The notes below the pieces were generated by a model. The model was not told the DNA's origin. It did not search any database and saw only the letters and a program-made list of their open reading frames with translations. Below, one piece after another: positions 1-8,029 of a stretch of DNA of 64,000 nt (position 1 is the first letter of the stretch; every line of letters begins with the position of its first letter). Both the position numbers and the translations under genes were made by a program. Origin of the DNA: a virus; the IMG/VR virus record IMGVR_UViG_3300025693_000002. One strand, 5' to 3'.

Positions 1-107
1 AATCCGCTTTCCCAAAGCCAAGCTACGATAGATTTATATTACTCAAAAACAAAACAAGTATTTACTATGCAGGGGAGCAGGCTGTTCCCAACCCACTCCC
101 CTACTCT

Positions 108-860
108 TCACTTCCGGTAAGCCATCAAGACTTCACGAACGACCGGATCACGAGTGATATCCTCGTCGGTGAACTCCACCCGGCCAAACTGCTTGGACTT
201 GTCGAATCGGCGCAGCGCATCCACCAAGCCGCTCTCGCCGTTCAGATCGTGCTGATCCGGGTCGCCGTTGACGACTACGCGGGTGCCTTCGCCAATCCGA
301 GTCAGGAACATCTTCATTTGGCCTGTGGTGGTGTTCTGCGCTTCGTCCAGAATTACGAAGGCGTTACGGAAGGTCACGCCACGCATCATCATCAGCGGTC
401 GCGCGACGATCTTGCCGAACTTGAGATAGGTGGCGACCTTCTTCGGCCCCAGCTTACCTTCCAACACATCCAGGAACGGCTCCAGCCAGGGCTGATACTT
501 CTCGTACTCGTCGCCCGGGAGAAAGCCCATTTCTTCGTCACAACCAACCATAGGGCGAGCAATAACGATGCGCTCGATGGCGCCGGCTTCCAGCAGTTCA
601 GCTGCGTAGGATGTTGCAACAAAAGTCTTGCCTGTGCCGGCCGGCCCGTTCACGAAGACAATGCGCTTCGTGTTCATCTGGCTGATCATCTGGCCCTGAG
701 TCTGGCCCCGAGCCTCCAGCTTGCCGAACCGAATCTTGTTCATTTCTCGCTCGACATGAGCCTCGAAATCGTTGTGAGCCGCAGACTGAGCCTCGAAATC
801 GTTGGAACGTCTGCTGTTGCGCCGTTGACTCTTGCTTGCCTTGCCTTGCTTACCCTTCAT
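108..860 (-). CDS. phoH: PhoH-like P-loop ATPase
   Basis: Walker A GPAGTGKT, Walker B-like FVILDEAQN and PhoH-type block VVNGDPDQHDL. ORF-track 108..905 trimmed to ATG 860: GAGG lies 5 nt upstream and this start clears the stop of the upstream gene at 871. Confidence 0.85.
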   Translation of the reverse strand: MKGKQGKASKSQRRNSRRSNDFEAQSAAHNDFEAHVEREMNKIRFGKLEARGQTQGQMISQMNTKRIVFVNGPAGTGKTFVATSYAAELLEAGAIERIVIARPMVGCDEEMGFLPGDEYEKYQPWLEPFLDVLEGKLGPKKVATYLKFGKIVARPLMMMRGVTFRNAFVILDEAQNTTTGQMKMFLTRIGEGTRVVVNGDPDQHDLNGESGLVDALRRFDKSKQFGRVEFTDEDITRDPVVREVLMAYRK

Positions 861-870
861 AAAACCTCGC

Positions 871-2160
871 TTACTCACCCGGCGCACGGTGAAAGTACAC
901 GCCACCTACTACTGCCTGATCCGTCACCTGAACGTATTCCATGTTTACGGACTTCGTTTCGGTGTTGACGTGACAGACGTTGAAACCCATCGACCAGAAC
1001 TCGCCTTCGGTGTACGAAGCGCGCAGACGGTGGCCGCAACCAAGCTGCATCCAGGGGTAGGAGCCGCGGAGCGCATGCTTGCAGTGATCGACCTTCCAAG
1101 AGTGGTGATGCCCGTTCCAGCCAGGCAGACCCCACGACTTTGCATGCGGGTGGTGATGCACCAGAACCGCCTCGTCGTAGATCACATAGGACTTGAGAAC
1201 TTCTTTGGCTTGATCCTGCTTTGACCAGGCAGCGAGGTCGGCCCGGGCGATGTAGTTGACCTCGAACTGATCCAGGCCCAGCAGCTTCGGTACAGTCAGG
1301 CCCAGCAGATCACCCAGAATGGCTTTCATGGCCGGCGTTGCATCAGCCAAGTGTCGCAGCAGGCGGAACTCGTGGTTGCCTTCAACGAAGTCGATCTGAG
1401 CGTTGGGGCAGGCTTCTCGCAGCGGACGCAGAATGTGGTCGTGAACGAAGCGGATTCGGCCTACCACGTCCCACTCTCGCGGATCGATGGTGTACTTGCC
1501 GAACTCTGGCAGGTCGAAGATATCTCCACCCAGGTTGATCACGTCCGGCTGGATCATGCGGCAGCTCTCGATCAGCACTCGCAGGTAGAACCGATCGATC
1601 TCCTCGTCGTGAAGATCGGAACAGCCTACGATAACCTTCATCTTCTTGCCGGAATCTCGAATGTACCGGGTGTCCAGCTCGCGACGGTCGTTGAACGATC
1701 GGTAGTGATCCGCTGATACATGCTTGGCTAACTGACGCTCAATCGCATGTTGGTTGCGATTCATTTCCAAGCCAGCTTGGCGCCTGAACTCAAGAAAGGT
1801 GCCGAAGTGACGATTCCAGGTCGAGTCTGACAAACCAGTCTCGTCGCGGAACCGCTGACGGGTGATCTGCTTGCTGGGATCGGCATGCCAGATGGCCTGC
1901 ATTTTTGAAATAAGCTCTTGCGGTGTCATATCCGCATACTGGTTCTGCATCTCCGGCAGCGTCGAACGCTCTTGCGGAGCCAGTGTGCGATCAATCAAAG
2001 CGGGCAGTTTCTCTCCGGCTGACAGTCGCTTGCGGTGAAGTGATGCGCGGTTTTTGATCGTCTGATACGCCAAGCCGGTGTGAACAGCCAGGTCGTTCAG
2101 GGTTGGAAAGGTCGCGCTGTTATTCCACAGCGACGCAAACTGCTGGTCAGTGAGTGCCAT
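871..2160 (-). CDS. calcineurin-like metallophosphoesterase with N-terminal HTH-like region
   Basis: Ordered MPE motifs GCSDLHD, GGDIFD and GNHEF. The N-terminal ~60 aa looks like a DNA-binding helix-turn-helix. Confidence 0.65.
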   Translation of the reverse strand: MALTDQQFASLWNNSATFPTLNDLAVHTGLAYQTIKNRASLHRKRLSAGEKLPALIDRTLAPQERSTLPEMQNQYADMTPQELISKMQAIWHADPSKQITRQRFRDETGLSDSTWNRHFGTFLEFRRQAGLEMNRNQHAIERQLAKHVSADHYRSFNDRRELDTRYIRDSGKKMKVIVGCSDLHDEEIDRFYLRVLIESCRMIQPDVINLGGDIFDLPEFGKYTIDPREWDVVGRIRFVHDHILRPLREACPNAQIDFVEGNHEFRLLRHLADATPAMKAILGDLLGLTVPKLLGLDQFEVNYIARADLAAWSKQDQAKEVLKSYVIYDEAVLVHHHPHAKSWGLPGWNGHHHSWKVDHCKHALRGSYPWMQLGCGHRLRASYTEGEFWSMGFNVCHVNTETKSVNMEYVQVTDQAVVGGVYFHRAPGE

Positions 2161-2632
2161 TCAGAAGCTCTACCAGTTTGTTGTGCTCGATCATCAAGGC
2201 GTTGTAGCGCTCAATTACATCGAGGTTGTGGTCGTTGAAGTCTGTTGCGGAATAACCGGAAGGGGTTCGGCCTTCTTCAACAGTTGAGGGGGAATCTGAG
2301 GACAGCTCGGGGCGACGTGCGGCGTTGAACATGCTGATAACGCCAGTGCTAGGCCCGCAATACAAATCTTTGTCAGGCTCGACATAGACTTTTACCTGCT
2401 CGCGGATGGTTTGAATTTTCGTCGAGGATTCATTTAGCTGCTTGGCGAGGTCTTCTTGAGCGAAGATGGCGGCCTTGAGTTGCAGTTCAACCTGAAACTG
2501 CTTTTCTACGGCCGCCTGCAGCCTCTCGACTTCGTACTTGTCCTTAGCGCCCTGGAAGCCCAGGTAAAACGCTCCACCCAAGGCTGCGATCAGTCCTGCG
2601 GACTTGAGTAGAAGAAGGACTTTTTCAATCAT
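2147..2632 (-). CDS. Rz: i-spanin (Rz-like)
   Basis: N-terminal TM helix (LLLLKSAGLIAALGGAFYLGF), long coiled coil and Pro-rich C-terminus. ATGA overlap with the holin stop. Contains an embedded +1-frame lipoprotein ORF. Confidence 0.8.
   Translation of the reverse strand: MIEKVLLLLKSAGLIAALGGAFYLGFQGAKDKYEVERLQAAVEKQFQVELQLKAAIFAQEDLAKQLNESSTKIQTIREQVKVYVEPDKDLYCGPSTGVISMFNAARRPELSSDSPSTVEEGRTPSGYSATDFNDHNLDVIERYNALMIEHNKLVELLNGTH
2215..2385 (-). CDS. Rz1: o-spanin (Rz1-like) embedded in Rz
   Basis: Hand translation of the +1 frame gives MSSLTKICIAGLALALSAC-STPHVAPSCPQIPPQLLKKAEPLPVIPQQTSTTTTSM. Lipobox LSAC, Pro-rich 56-aa product, entirely inside the i-spanin gene. It falls below the 60-aa ORF-track cutoff. 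Confidence 0.8.
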   Translation of the reverse strand: MSSLTKICIAGLALALSACSTPHVAPSCPQIPPQLLKKAEPLPVIPQQTSTTTTSM

Positions 2633-2958
2633 CAGTTAGGCCACTTCTCAGCGGCCGGCGCTGGACTGTCTCTGTTCAAAGCGCTGTCAAACGCATAACC
2701 AATGGTGAAAACCGTAATCAACCCTTGAATGCTGTCTGGTATCTGCCCAGCGACGAACATGGTTATAACGGTGCCGAGCACCGCGAGGGTGGCTTGCGCC
2801 GTGTTTCGCCAGGTTCCATTGGCAAACAGATACTCGGTCAAGGTGTTGTGAGTCTCGCCGCGTAACCACTTCTTGACGTAGTGACAAGTCATGCCCAGCA
2901 AGGCGAAGAAGACGGTGATCGCGAGATTTACCCAGTTCAGTGATTGCAGCGCTTCCAT
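2632..2958 (-). CDS. holin (three predicted TM helices)
   Basis: 108 aa starting at MEALQSLNW, with three hydrophobic helices and a charged C-terminus. Sits between endolysin and spanins. ORF-track start 3063 trimmed to ATG 2958 (GAGG 6 nt upstream; no overlap with endolysin). Confidence 0.75.
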   Translation of the reverse strand: MEALQSLNWVNLAITVFFALLGMTCHYVKKWLRGETHNTLTEYLFANGTWRNTAQATLAVLGTVITMFVAGQIPDSIQGLITVFTIGYAFDSALNRDSPAPAAEKWPN

Positions 2959-2966
2959 ATCAACCT

Positions 2967-3428
2967 CTATGCATTGACGTAAACGGTCTTGCCGTTTTGC
3001 TTGATTGCTTTCAAGAACTGCTTGCGCAGACCTTTGCTCCCTGGCAGGCCGATGTGAACCCACCGACCAAACTCATGAATTACTTGGTCAACGGGCAGGT
3101 CAGTCATCCGTTCTTTGATAAAGGCAAAGAGGTCGTCCACAGAAACGCCGGAGGCGTTGATATCCGCAGCGAGACCGCTCATGTGAACCGACGTACTGGA
3201 GCCGCCAACCTTGCGGTTCAGGGCTGGCGATCGGTAGCCGGAGCTGATGTTGATCGAGACCTTTCGTCCGTAGTGTTCGCACAGCCGATCACGCAGGGTC
3301 TGCAGCCACTCTGCGAGCTTGCGAACATTAGGCATAAGGGTTTGAGGAACGCTGTTGCGCAGACCGTTTCTCTCGGCGGTTTCAGAGCGTTCAAATTCGG
3401 AAAGGGAGAAATTGGTGGTCAGTTTCAC
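2967..3428 (-). CDS. endolysin, peptidase M15 (VanY / L-Ala-D-Glu peptidase-like)
   Basis: SGYRSPALN, SVHMSGLAADI and WVHIG zinc-ligand pattern of the M15 family. Start set to GTG 3428, which forms a GTGA overlap with the stop of the upstream gene. Confidence 0.8.
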   Translation of the reverse strand: MKLTTNFSLSEFERSETAERNGLRNSVPQTLMPNVRKLAEWLQTLRDRLCEHYGRKVSINISSGYRSPALNRKVGGSSTSVHMSGLAADINASGVSVDDLFAFIKERMTDLPVDQVIHEFGRWVHIGLPGSKGLRKQFLKAIKQNGKTVYVNA

Positions 3429-3883
3429 TGCCCGCCCTCCATCGCTTGAGCAGTGACCTGGCGATCCACTGGTGACTTTTGAACAATTGCCGGCAGCTGA
3501 GCGCCAGAGCCGAGCCAACCAACGAAGCCGATTGTTGCGAGCGCCTTGATGATGTTCGACCAGACGGTGCGGTTTACCGTCCGGTAGGTGCTGACAATCT
3601 CGTTGAGCTGGCGGTGCTGTTGGACATGATCATCGCGACTCATGCCCAGGTTTTCCCGGATAGAAAGATCAATTCGCTCCCGCAGCCGCATCTCCATTTT
3701 CTGCATGTTGCTATTCAGCTCTGCAGAAATTTTGCTCGCCATCAGCTCAGCCGATGACTCGGAGATTTGGCGCATTTCGGATCGAAGAGCTTCGGTTTGC
3801 ATGCCGACGGCTCGCGACGCTGCTGCTTCGGCAATGACTTGCATCACTTGGATGTCCCTCTCATTCAAGGGTGTAGCGGTCAT
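3425..3883 (-). CDS. hypothetical protein with C-terminal TM helix, first gene of the lysis cassette
   Basis: Helical N-terminal part plus hydrophobic WSNIIKALATIGFVGWLGSG. Translationally coupled to the endolysin. Preceded by palindrome motif 3938..3953. Function (antiholin or lysis regulator) is only guessed. Confidence 0.5.
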   Translation of the reverse strand: MTATPLNERDIQVMQVIAEAAASRAVGMQTEALRSEMRQISESSAELMASKISAELNSNMQKMEMRLRERIDLSIRENLGMSRDDHVQQHRQLNEIVSTYRTVNRTVWSNIIKALATIGFVGWLGSGAQLPAIVQKSPVDRQVTAQAMEGGQ

Positions 3884-3937
3884 AGCTCTTCGGCACTCTC
3901 TTGCGAAGTTGGCTTAATAGGGCTTTATTTTATCATT

Positions 3938-3953
3938 AACTAACCAGTTAGTG
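3938..3953. promoter_or_regulatory. ACTAAC/GTTAGT palindrome motif
   Basis: AACTAAC-CA-GTTAGTG, 55-70 nt upstream of the lysis cassette. Followed by AT-rich TAATGAT on the sense strand. Confidence 0.5.
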
Positions 3954-4119
3954 ATATTGCCTAGCGAGAATTTCCCCTGATTCGATTGATCTGCTTCGAC
4001 GGGTTCAAAATTGATACGCAGGGACGCGAGATATCGCGCTGGTGCAACGCTCGCTTGTTTTCGCTACCCGAATCAATGTGAAAGCGAAAAGAGCAGCAGC
4101 GAGCGTTTAAGCGGCTGGC

Positions 4120-5064
4120 TTAGACGTAGCCGTTCACCGTCCAATCAACGATTCGCTCAGCGATGGCGGCGGGGTTTCTCACCGCCTGGTTCAAGAAAAC
4201 CCTCAGCTGGTCTCCGTCCCCGAATGTACTCAGCTGCACCTTGACGATCTGGTGTTTTGCGAAAAACTCGATCCGGCGCTTGAACGTGTAGTCTACATCG
4301 CCCAGAGGGAATGACCCGACGAAGGCGGTGCCCATCTTGTCATTGATGCCATGCTTCATCAGAACTCGGGTGAAGTTCTCGTAACTGCAATCCTGACGGT
4401 AACGACCATCTTCTCCGAGCGACCCTATTGCGTACTGCGTGTAGTGACCAACACTGTCAAAATAGCCTTCCGGGACTCTCGCTGTGATGACGGACGGATT
4501 GTTTACCGTTCGACCAACCGCTGTCGCGAGCAGTTCTTGAACCTTCATTCCGACATGCTTTGCTCTTGCTTGAACCAAACCTTTGGGCAGGTCGAAACTG
4601 ATTTCTCGCGCAAGCCCCTGGATGCCGTTAAACGGTTTCAGGTTCGACAAGTCCATCGGACCGGCCGGTCTGATTCTCGGGTAGGGCGTGTTCGTCTTGA
4701 AAGTTGGCGTCTTGCCGTGCTTTAGCAAATCCATTACCGCGTGGCGAATCTGAATCATCGACCAACCATCGATCAGATCGTGTCGAGTGAAAAGCTCAAA
4801 CCCATCCTCAGCCTGCACCGCTTTTACGCAGGTAGGGGCGGAAACGTGCTGCTCTGCCCTGCCCTGACCTGTATGTACGCGGTCAGCCAGGACGATCTCC
4901 CCGTTTTCGATCCTTCCGCGCATCAGAGGGGCGTGATGACTGACCTCTTGGACTGCATCGACGAACTCTGCCCAGCTCACCGGAAACTTGAAGTTCAAAC
5001 TGGTGCCGAACGTCATGTCGGCGCCTTTGACTGAAAACGCCTTTTGTATCGGGTGTAACTTCAT
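4120..5064 (-). CDS. HxxxDG-motif acyltransferase-like protein (condensation / WS-DGAT / CAT superfamily-like)
   Basis: TRHDLIDGWS motif about 95 aa from the N-terminus in a soluble 314-aa protein. ATGA overlap with the upstream desaturase. ORF-track start 5112 trimmed to ATG 5064. Confidence 0.5.
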   Translation of the reverse strand: MKLHPIQKAFSVKGADMTFGTSLNFKFPVSWAEFVDAVQEVSHHAPLMRGRIENGEIVLADRVHTGQGRAEQHVSAPTCVKAVQAEDGFELFTRHDLIDGWSMIQIRHAVMDLLKHGKTPTFKTNTPYPRIRPAGPMDLSNLKPFNGIQGLAREISFDLPKGLVQARAKHVGMKVQELLATAVGRTVNNPSVITARVPEGYFDSVGHYTQYAIGSLGEDGRYRQDCSYENFTRVLMKHGINDKMGTAFVGSFPLGDVDYTFKRRIEFFAKHQIVKVQLSTFGDGDQLRVFLNQAVRNPAAIAERIVDWTVNGYV

Positions 5065-5819
5065 CGCTTGATTAGCCTTACGAACCAGGAAGCCGGGTCG
5101 AACTCCCACCACTGATGCGCGAAGTTCCAGCCATTCGGCTTTTTATGGTGATTGTTGTGATAACCCTCGCCACCGAAAAGAACGCCAAGCAGCCAGACGT
5201 TGCGCGATTTGTCGCCAACATCGTAGGTCTGATAGCCGAATTTAGGGTTGTGAGGAATGATGACCAGAATGTACTTGCGCAACAGCTGCATCACAGAGAC
5301 TGGGATTGCCCACAGGTAGATCAGCGCCTCTGGCGATATCGCCAGCAGAGTTAGCGCAGTCAGAATTGGGTAGGCGATATACAGCTCATGCACCCGCTTC
5401 ATAGTTGGCGTGAGAAAGAACCGCTTCTTGGCGCTGACAGTCAGCTTAACGCCAGCCAATTTTGTCGCTGGAAACACCACGTCTTTGTAATGGGTGTGCG
5501 GGTCTTGATCGGTGTCAGAGTGAAGGTGATGCTGCAGGTGAATGGCTGCGAACGCCCCTGGATGACCAGACAACGAAGCGCAGCCTGCAAACAGCATGAC
5601 TTCTTCCCAGAACCGATTGGTCTGGAAGGACTTATGGCAGAAGTAGCGATGCCAGCCTACTGTCAGGCCGACGATCCAGTAGAACTGGAAGGCGAGGAAC
5701 CCACCGACGATCCATCCGATGCTCGGCGGGAACAAGAACGCCCCCACCAAGCCGACCAGTGCTGCCGTTTGAATCATCCGCGAGTTGCGAAAGTGAGACG
5801 CTTCAAATGGCTTCTTCAT
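5061..5819 (-). CDS. membrane fatty-acid desaturase (Delta9 / stearoyl-CoA desaturase family), copy 2
   Basis: His boxes HRYFCH, HLQHHLHSDTDQDPH and GEGYHNNHH, with hydrophobic segments between them. ATGA overlaps on both sides. Start trimmed to ATG 5819. Confidence 0.85.
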   Translation of the reverse strand: MKKPFEASHFRNSRMIQTAALVGLVGAFLFPPSIGWIVGGFLAFQFYWIVGLTVGWHRYFCHKSFQTNRFWEEVMLFAGCASLSGHPGAFAAIHLQHHLHSDTDQDPHTHYKDVVFPATKLAGVKLTVSAKKRFFLTPTMKRVHELYIAYPILTALTLLAISPEALIYLWAIPVSVMQLLRKYILVIIPHNPKFGYQTYDVGDKSRNVWLLGVLFGGEGYHNNHHKKPNGWNFAHQWWEFDPASWFVRLIKR

Positions 5820-6604
5820 TGGCGAATCGCCCGGATGAACCACCACGTCGGGTCGATCTCCCACCAACGCTCACCCATCTTGGCTCTGAACGGGTAGGCA
5901 TGATGGTTGTTATGCCACCCTTCCCCGCCCGAGATCAGCGAAGCGAACCACCAGTTGTTACTCGTATCCGGGATTTCATGGTTGCGATAGCCAAGTTTTC
6001 GCAGATGCCCCGTCCACAAGATGAACCGCAAAGTGATCTGGCTTAGTCCCGCGGGGACTAAGTAGAACCAGAAAAGCGCTGCAAGCGGGTTAATTGCAAA
6101 AAGAACGCCGATTGAAACTACAACAACCGCGTGCGCAATCACGAAGCCCCAGTACCAACGCAGCGTGATTCGGTGCAGAGAGTCTTTGGTCGCAACACGC
6201 AGGAACTTGGCCGTTACCCTGGTCGTATGATCAATCGCAGAGCCACCCCCGATAGCGAATCGGGCGTAAGGGTCGTCTGGCTTATCTGATCGCAGGTGGT
6301 GTCGAACATGCGCCTCTGCCCAGATGCAAGGAGGTCCAACTAGGCTGACCATGCACAAGTGCGCCATCACCCATTGCCAGAATCGATTGCACTTGAATGC
6401 ACCGTGCGAGAAGTAACGGTGGGCGCCGGCGCTGATTCCGACGATGTTGAACACCTGCCAGATCACAAGGGCGTGAATCCAGTAGGCGCCTGCCCAGTAC
6501 AGATGTGGGGCAAAAAACATGAGACTTACCCCGATCAAGGCGCAGGCCATGACCAGGGAGTTAGCCGCGACCATCGTCGGGTTGGTTGCTTTCAGTAGGG
6601 CCAT
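5816..6604 (-). CDS. membrane fatty-acid desaturase (Delta9 / stearoyl-CoA desaturase family), copy 1
   Basis: His boxes HRYFSH, HVRHHLRSDKPDDP and GEGWHNNHH. Multiple TM helices. Confidence 0.85.
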   Translation of the reverse strand: MALLKATNPTMVAANSLVMACALIGVSLMFFAPHLYWAGAYWIHALVIWQVFNIVGISAGAHRYFSHGAFKCNRFWQWVMAHLCMVSLVGPPCIWAEAHVRHHLRSDKPDDPYARFAIGGGSAIDHTTRVTAKFLRVATKDSLHRITLRWYWGFVIAHAVVVVSIGVLFAINPLAALFWFYLVPAGLSQITLRFILWTGHLRKLGYRNHEIPDTSNNWWFASLISGGEGWHNNHHAYPFRAKMGERWWEIDPTWWFIRAIRQ

Positions 6605-6606
6605 TG

Positions 6607-7266
6607 TTAGCTCCAGTAGGCGTCACTGAGGATCGGGATAGTCTTATACTTGGCTTCTGGCACGTTCTCGTCTCGTACCGCGCTGATAAATTCTTCTGGC
6701 GTCACCTGGTAGACGTACATCAGAAAAGCGTCGCCAGTGCCGTTATTGGTGAACGTGTAGTCTTTGGCTTGGCCTAACTTCAAATACTTGAACAAGTCGA
6801 AGGTGTTCTCATCGACCGTCACCTGGCCCTCCAGCACAAACACGTTTCGCTCCAGCGCGCGGTTCGGTATGGTCACAGACTGGCCCGGGGCAAGCGGGAA
6901 GTTCTGCTGCAGATAGATGCCCGAAGCTGGGTCGCGCAGAGTTACGCACCAGAATTCGTTGTACTCATCCAGGCCAGTGAAGCTGGCCCCACCCTGAGTG
7001 GCCCATCGGCCGGCGACCATTTCGTCTCCACGATATCGGTCAAACGGAGTGCTGTTGCGCGGTTTGACCGTGAAGCTGCCTCGAACGAAAGCGTTCGCTC
7101 GATAGGTGTTTACCCCAAGAGTTTCTTCTGGAGCCGGCAGCCTGCAGACCTCGGGCAGCGTCGCGTCAACGATGACGTACTGGTTCTGCCCGAGAGTCAG
7201 ACGAGAGATAACGAACTTGTTAGCCGCAAGTTTTACCGTCCAGGGGTTTGTGATGTGTTCACGCAT
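6607..7266 (-). CDS. hypothetical protein (beta-rich, possibly cupin-like)
   Basis: 219-aa ORF with a 2-nt gap to the desaturase start and a 1-nt overlap upstream. No diagnostic motif. Confidence 0.5.
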   Translation of the reverse strand: MREHITNPWTVKLAANKFVISRLTLGQNQYVIVDATLPEVCRLPAPEETLGVNTYRANAFVRGSFTVKPRNSTPFDRYRGDEMVAGRWATQGGASFTGLDEYNEFWCVTLRDPASGIYLQQNFPLAPGQSVTIPNRALERNVFVLEGQVTVDENTFDLFKYLKLGQAKDYTFTNNGTGDAFLMYVYQVTPEEFISAVRDENVPEAKYKTIPILSDAYWS

Positions 7267-7808
7267 TACTCAAGCTCCACTACAATGTTTGCCCCAGAAA
7301 CGAGAAGGCTGTAGATTCCACTAACCGTTGTTGTTGAAACGCTGTAAAAGTGAGATTTTGACGGAGTAAAAGCGGCAGCCGACCAAGCCCCTAAAGTATG
7401 TTGAACTCCGTTTATTCTCACCTTTGTGTACGGAGGATCGCCGTTTTCGTAAACGTAAGCCAGGACGATAGTCAGCTCGTTTACTGAGTTTGAACGACCT
7501 CTGAACTGTTCAATCGTGTGCCCGTCTTTTGCCACTTTGTTGTCTATAGAACCTATGTTTATGGTTCTCTCCCAAGGCGCAACGTCGCCCCTTGTGTATC
7601 CGCGCCAAATCGGATTACTACCGCCTTGACCAGAAACGATGTTATGAACAACGCCAGATGATTTACCTCGCAACGCAGCGAGAGAGATTGGCCCGGAAGC
7701 TATCCCGGCCAAAGATCGGACCATCGGGTCGTTGAGCGAAATAGCGCCTGTCACGCCAAGCTCGATGCGAACATCGTTGAGCGAAATAGCGCCTGTTGGG
7801 GTGGCCAT
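7266..7808 (-). CDS. hypothetical protein with duplicated GAISLND N-terminal motif
   Basis: 180-aa ORF, tightly coupled to its neighbours. Near-identical ~22-nt direct repeat at about 7731 and 7776 encodes TGAISLND twice. Confidence 0.5.
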   Translation of the reverse strand: MATPTGAISLNDVRIELGVTGAISLNDPMVRSLAGIASGPISLAALRGKSSGVVHNIVSGQGGSNPIWRGYTRGDVAPWERTINIGSIDNKVAKDGHTIEQFRGRSNSVNELTIVLAYVYENGDPPYTKVRINGVQHTLGAWSAAAFTPSKSHFYSVSTTTVSGIYSLLVSGANIVVELE

Positions 7809-8029
7809 TAAATTACCTCCCCTTCGACAACCGCTATCGCCGCGCTTTGATTAAGGGCGCCATTCAGGCGGGCGTGAGCGAAGCCTGCGAGGAACGCTTT
7901 GGCCAGGTCTGGAAACTCAGCTATGTTCTCCGGCAGATCGCACTTCAGCGTGGTGATCTGGTCTTCACCGAACGTCACAACAAACCGACCGTCCTCCAGG
8001 ACGGTCAGCACTTCTTTAATCAGAGCCAT
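7808..8029 (-). CDS. hypothetical protein
   Basis: 73-aa ORF exactly filling the gap between neighbours (1-nt overlaps). Confidence 0.45.
   Translation of the reverse strand: MALIKEVLTVLEDGRFVVTFGEDQITTLKCDLPENIAEFPDLAKAFLAGFAHARLNGALNQSAAIAVVEGEVI

Noticed and set aside
1-107. A possible terminator downstream of phoH (AGGGGAG...CTCCCCT).
   Set aside because: The loop is about 19 nt, the alternative pairings are poor, and the T-rich run lies about 20 nt from the stem. The signal is too weak to report.
249-1224. Plus-strand ORFs 249..968 and 832..1224 opposite the phoH and phosphoesterase genes.
   Set aside because: The opposite strand carries proteins with unambiguous Walker/PhoH and MPE motifs. 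The plus-strand products have no motifs and no SD.
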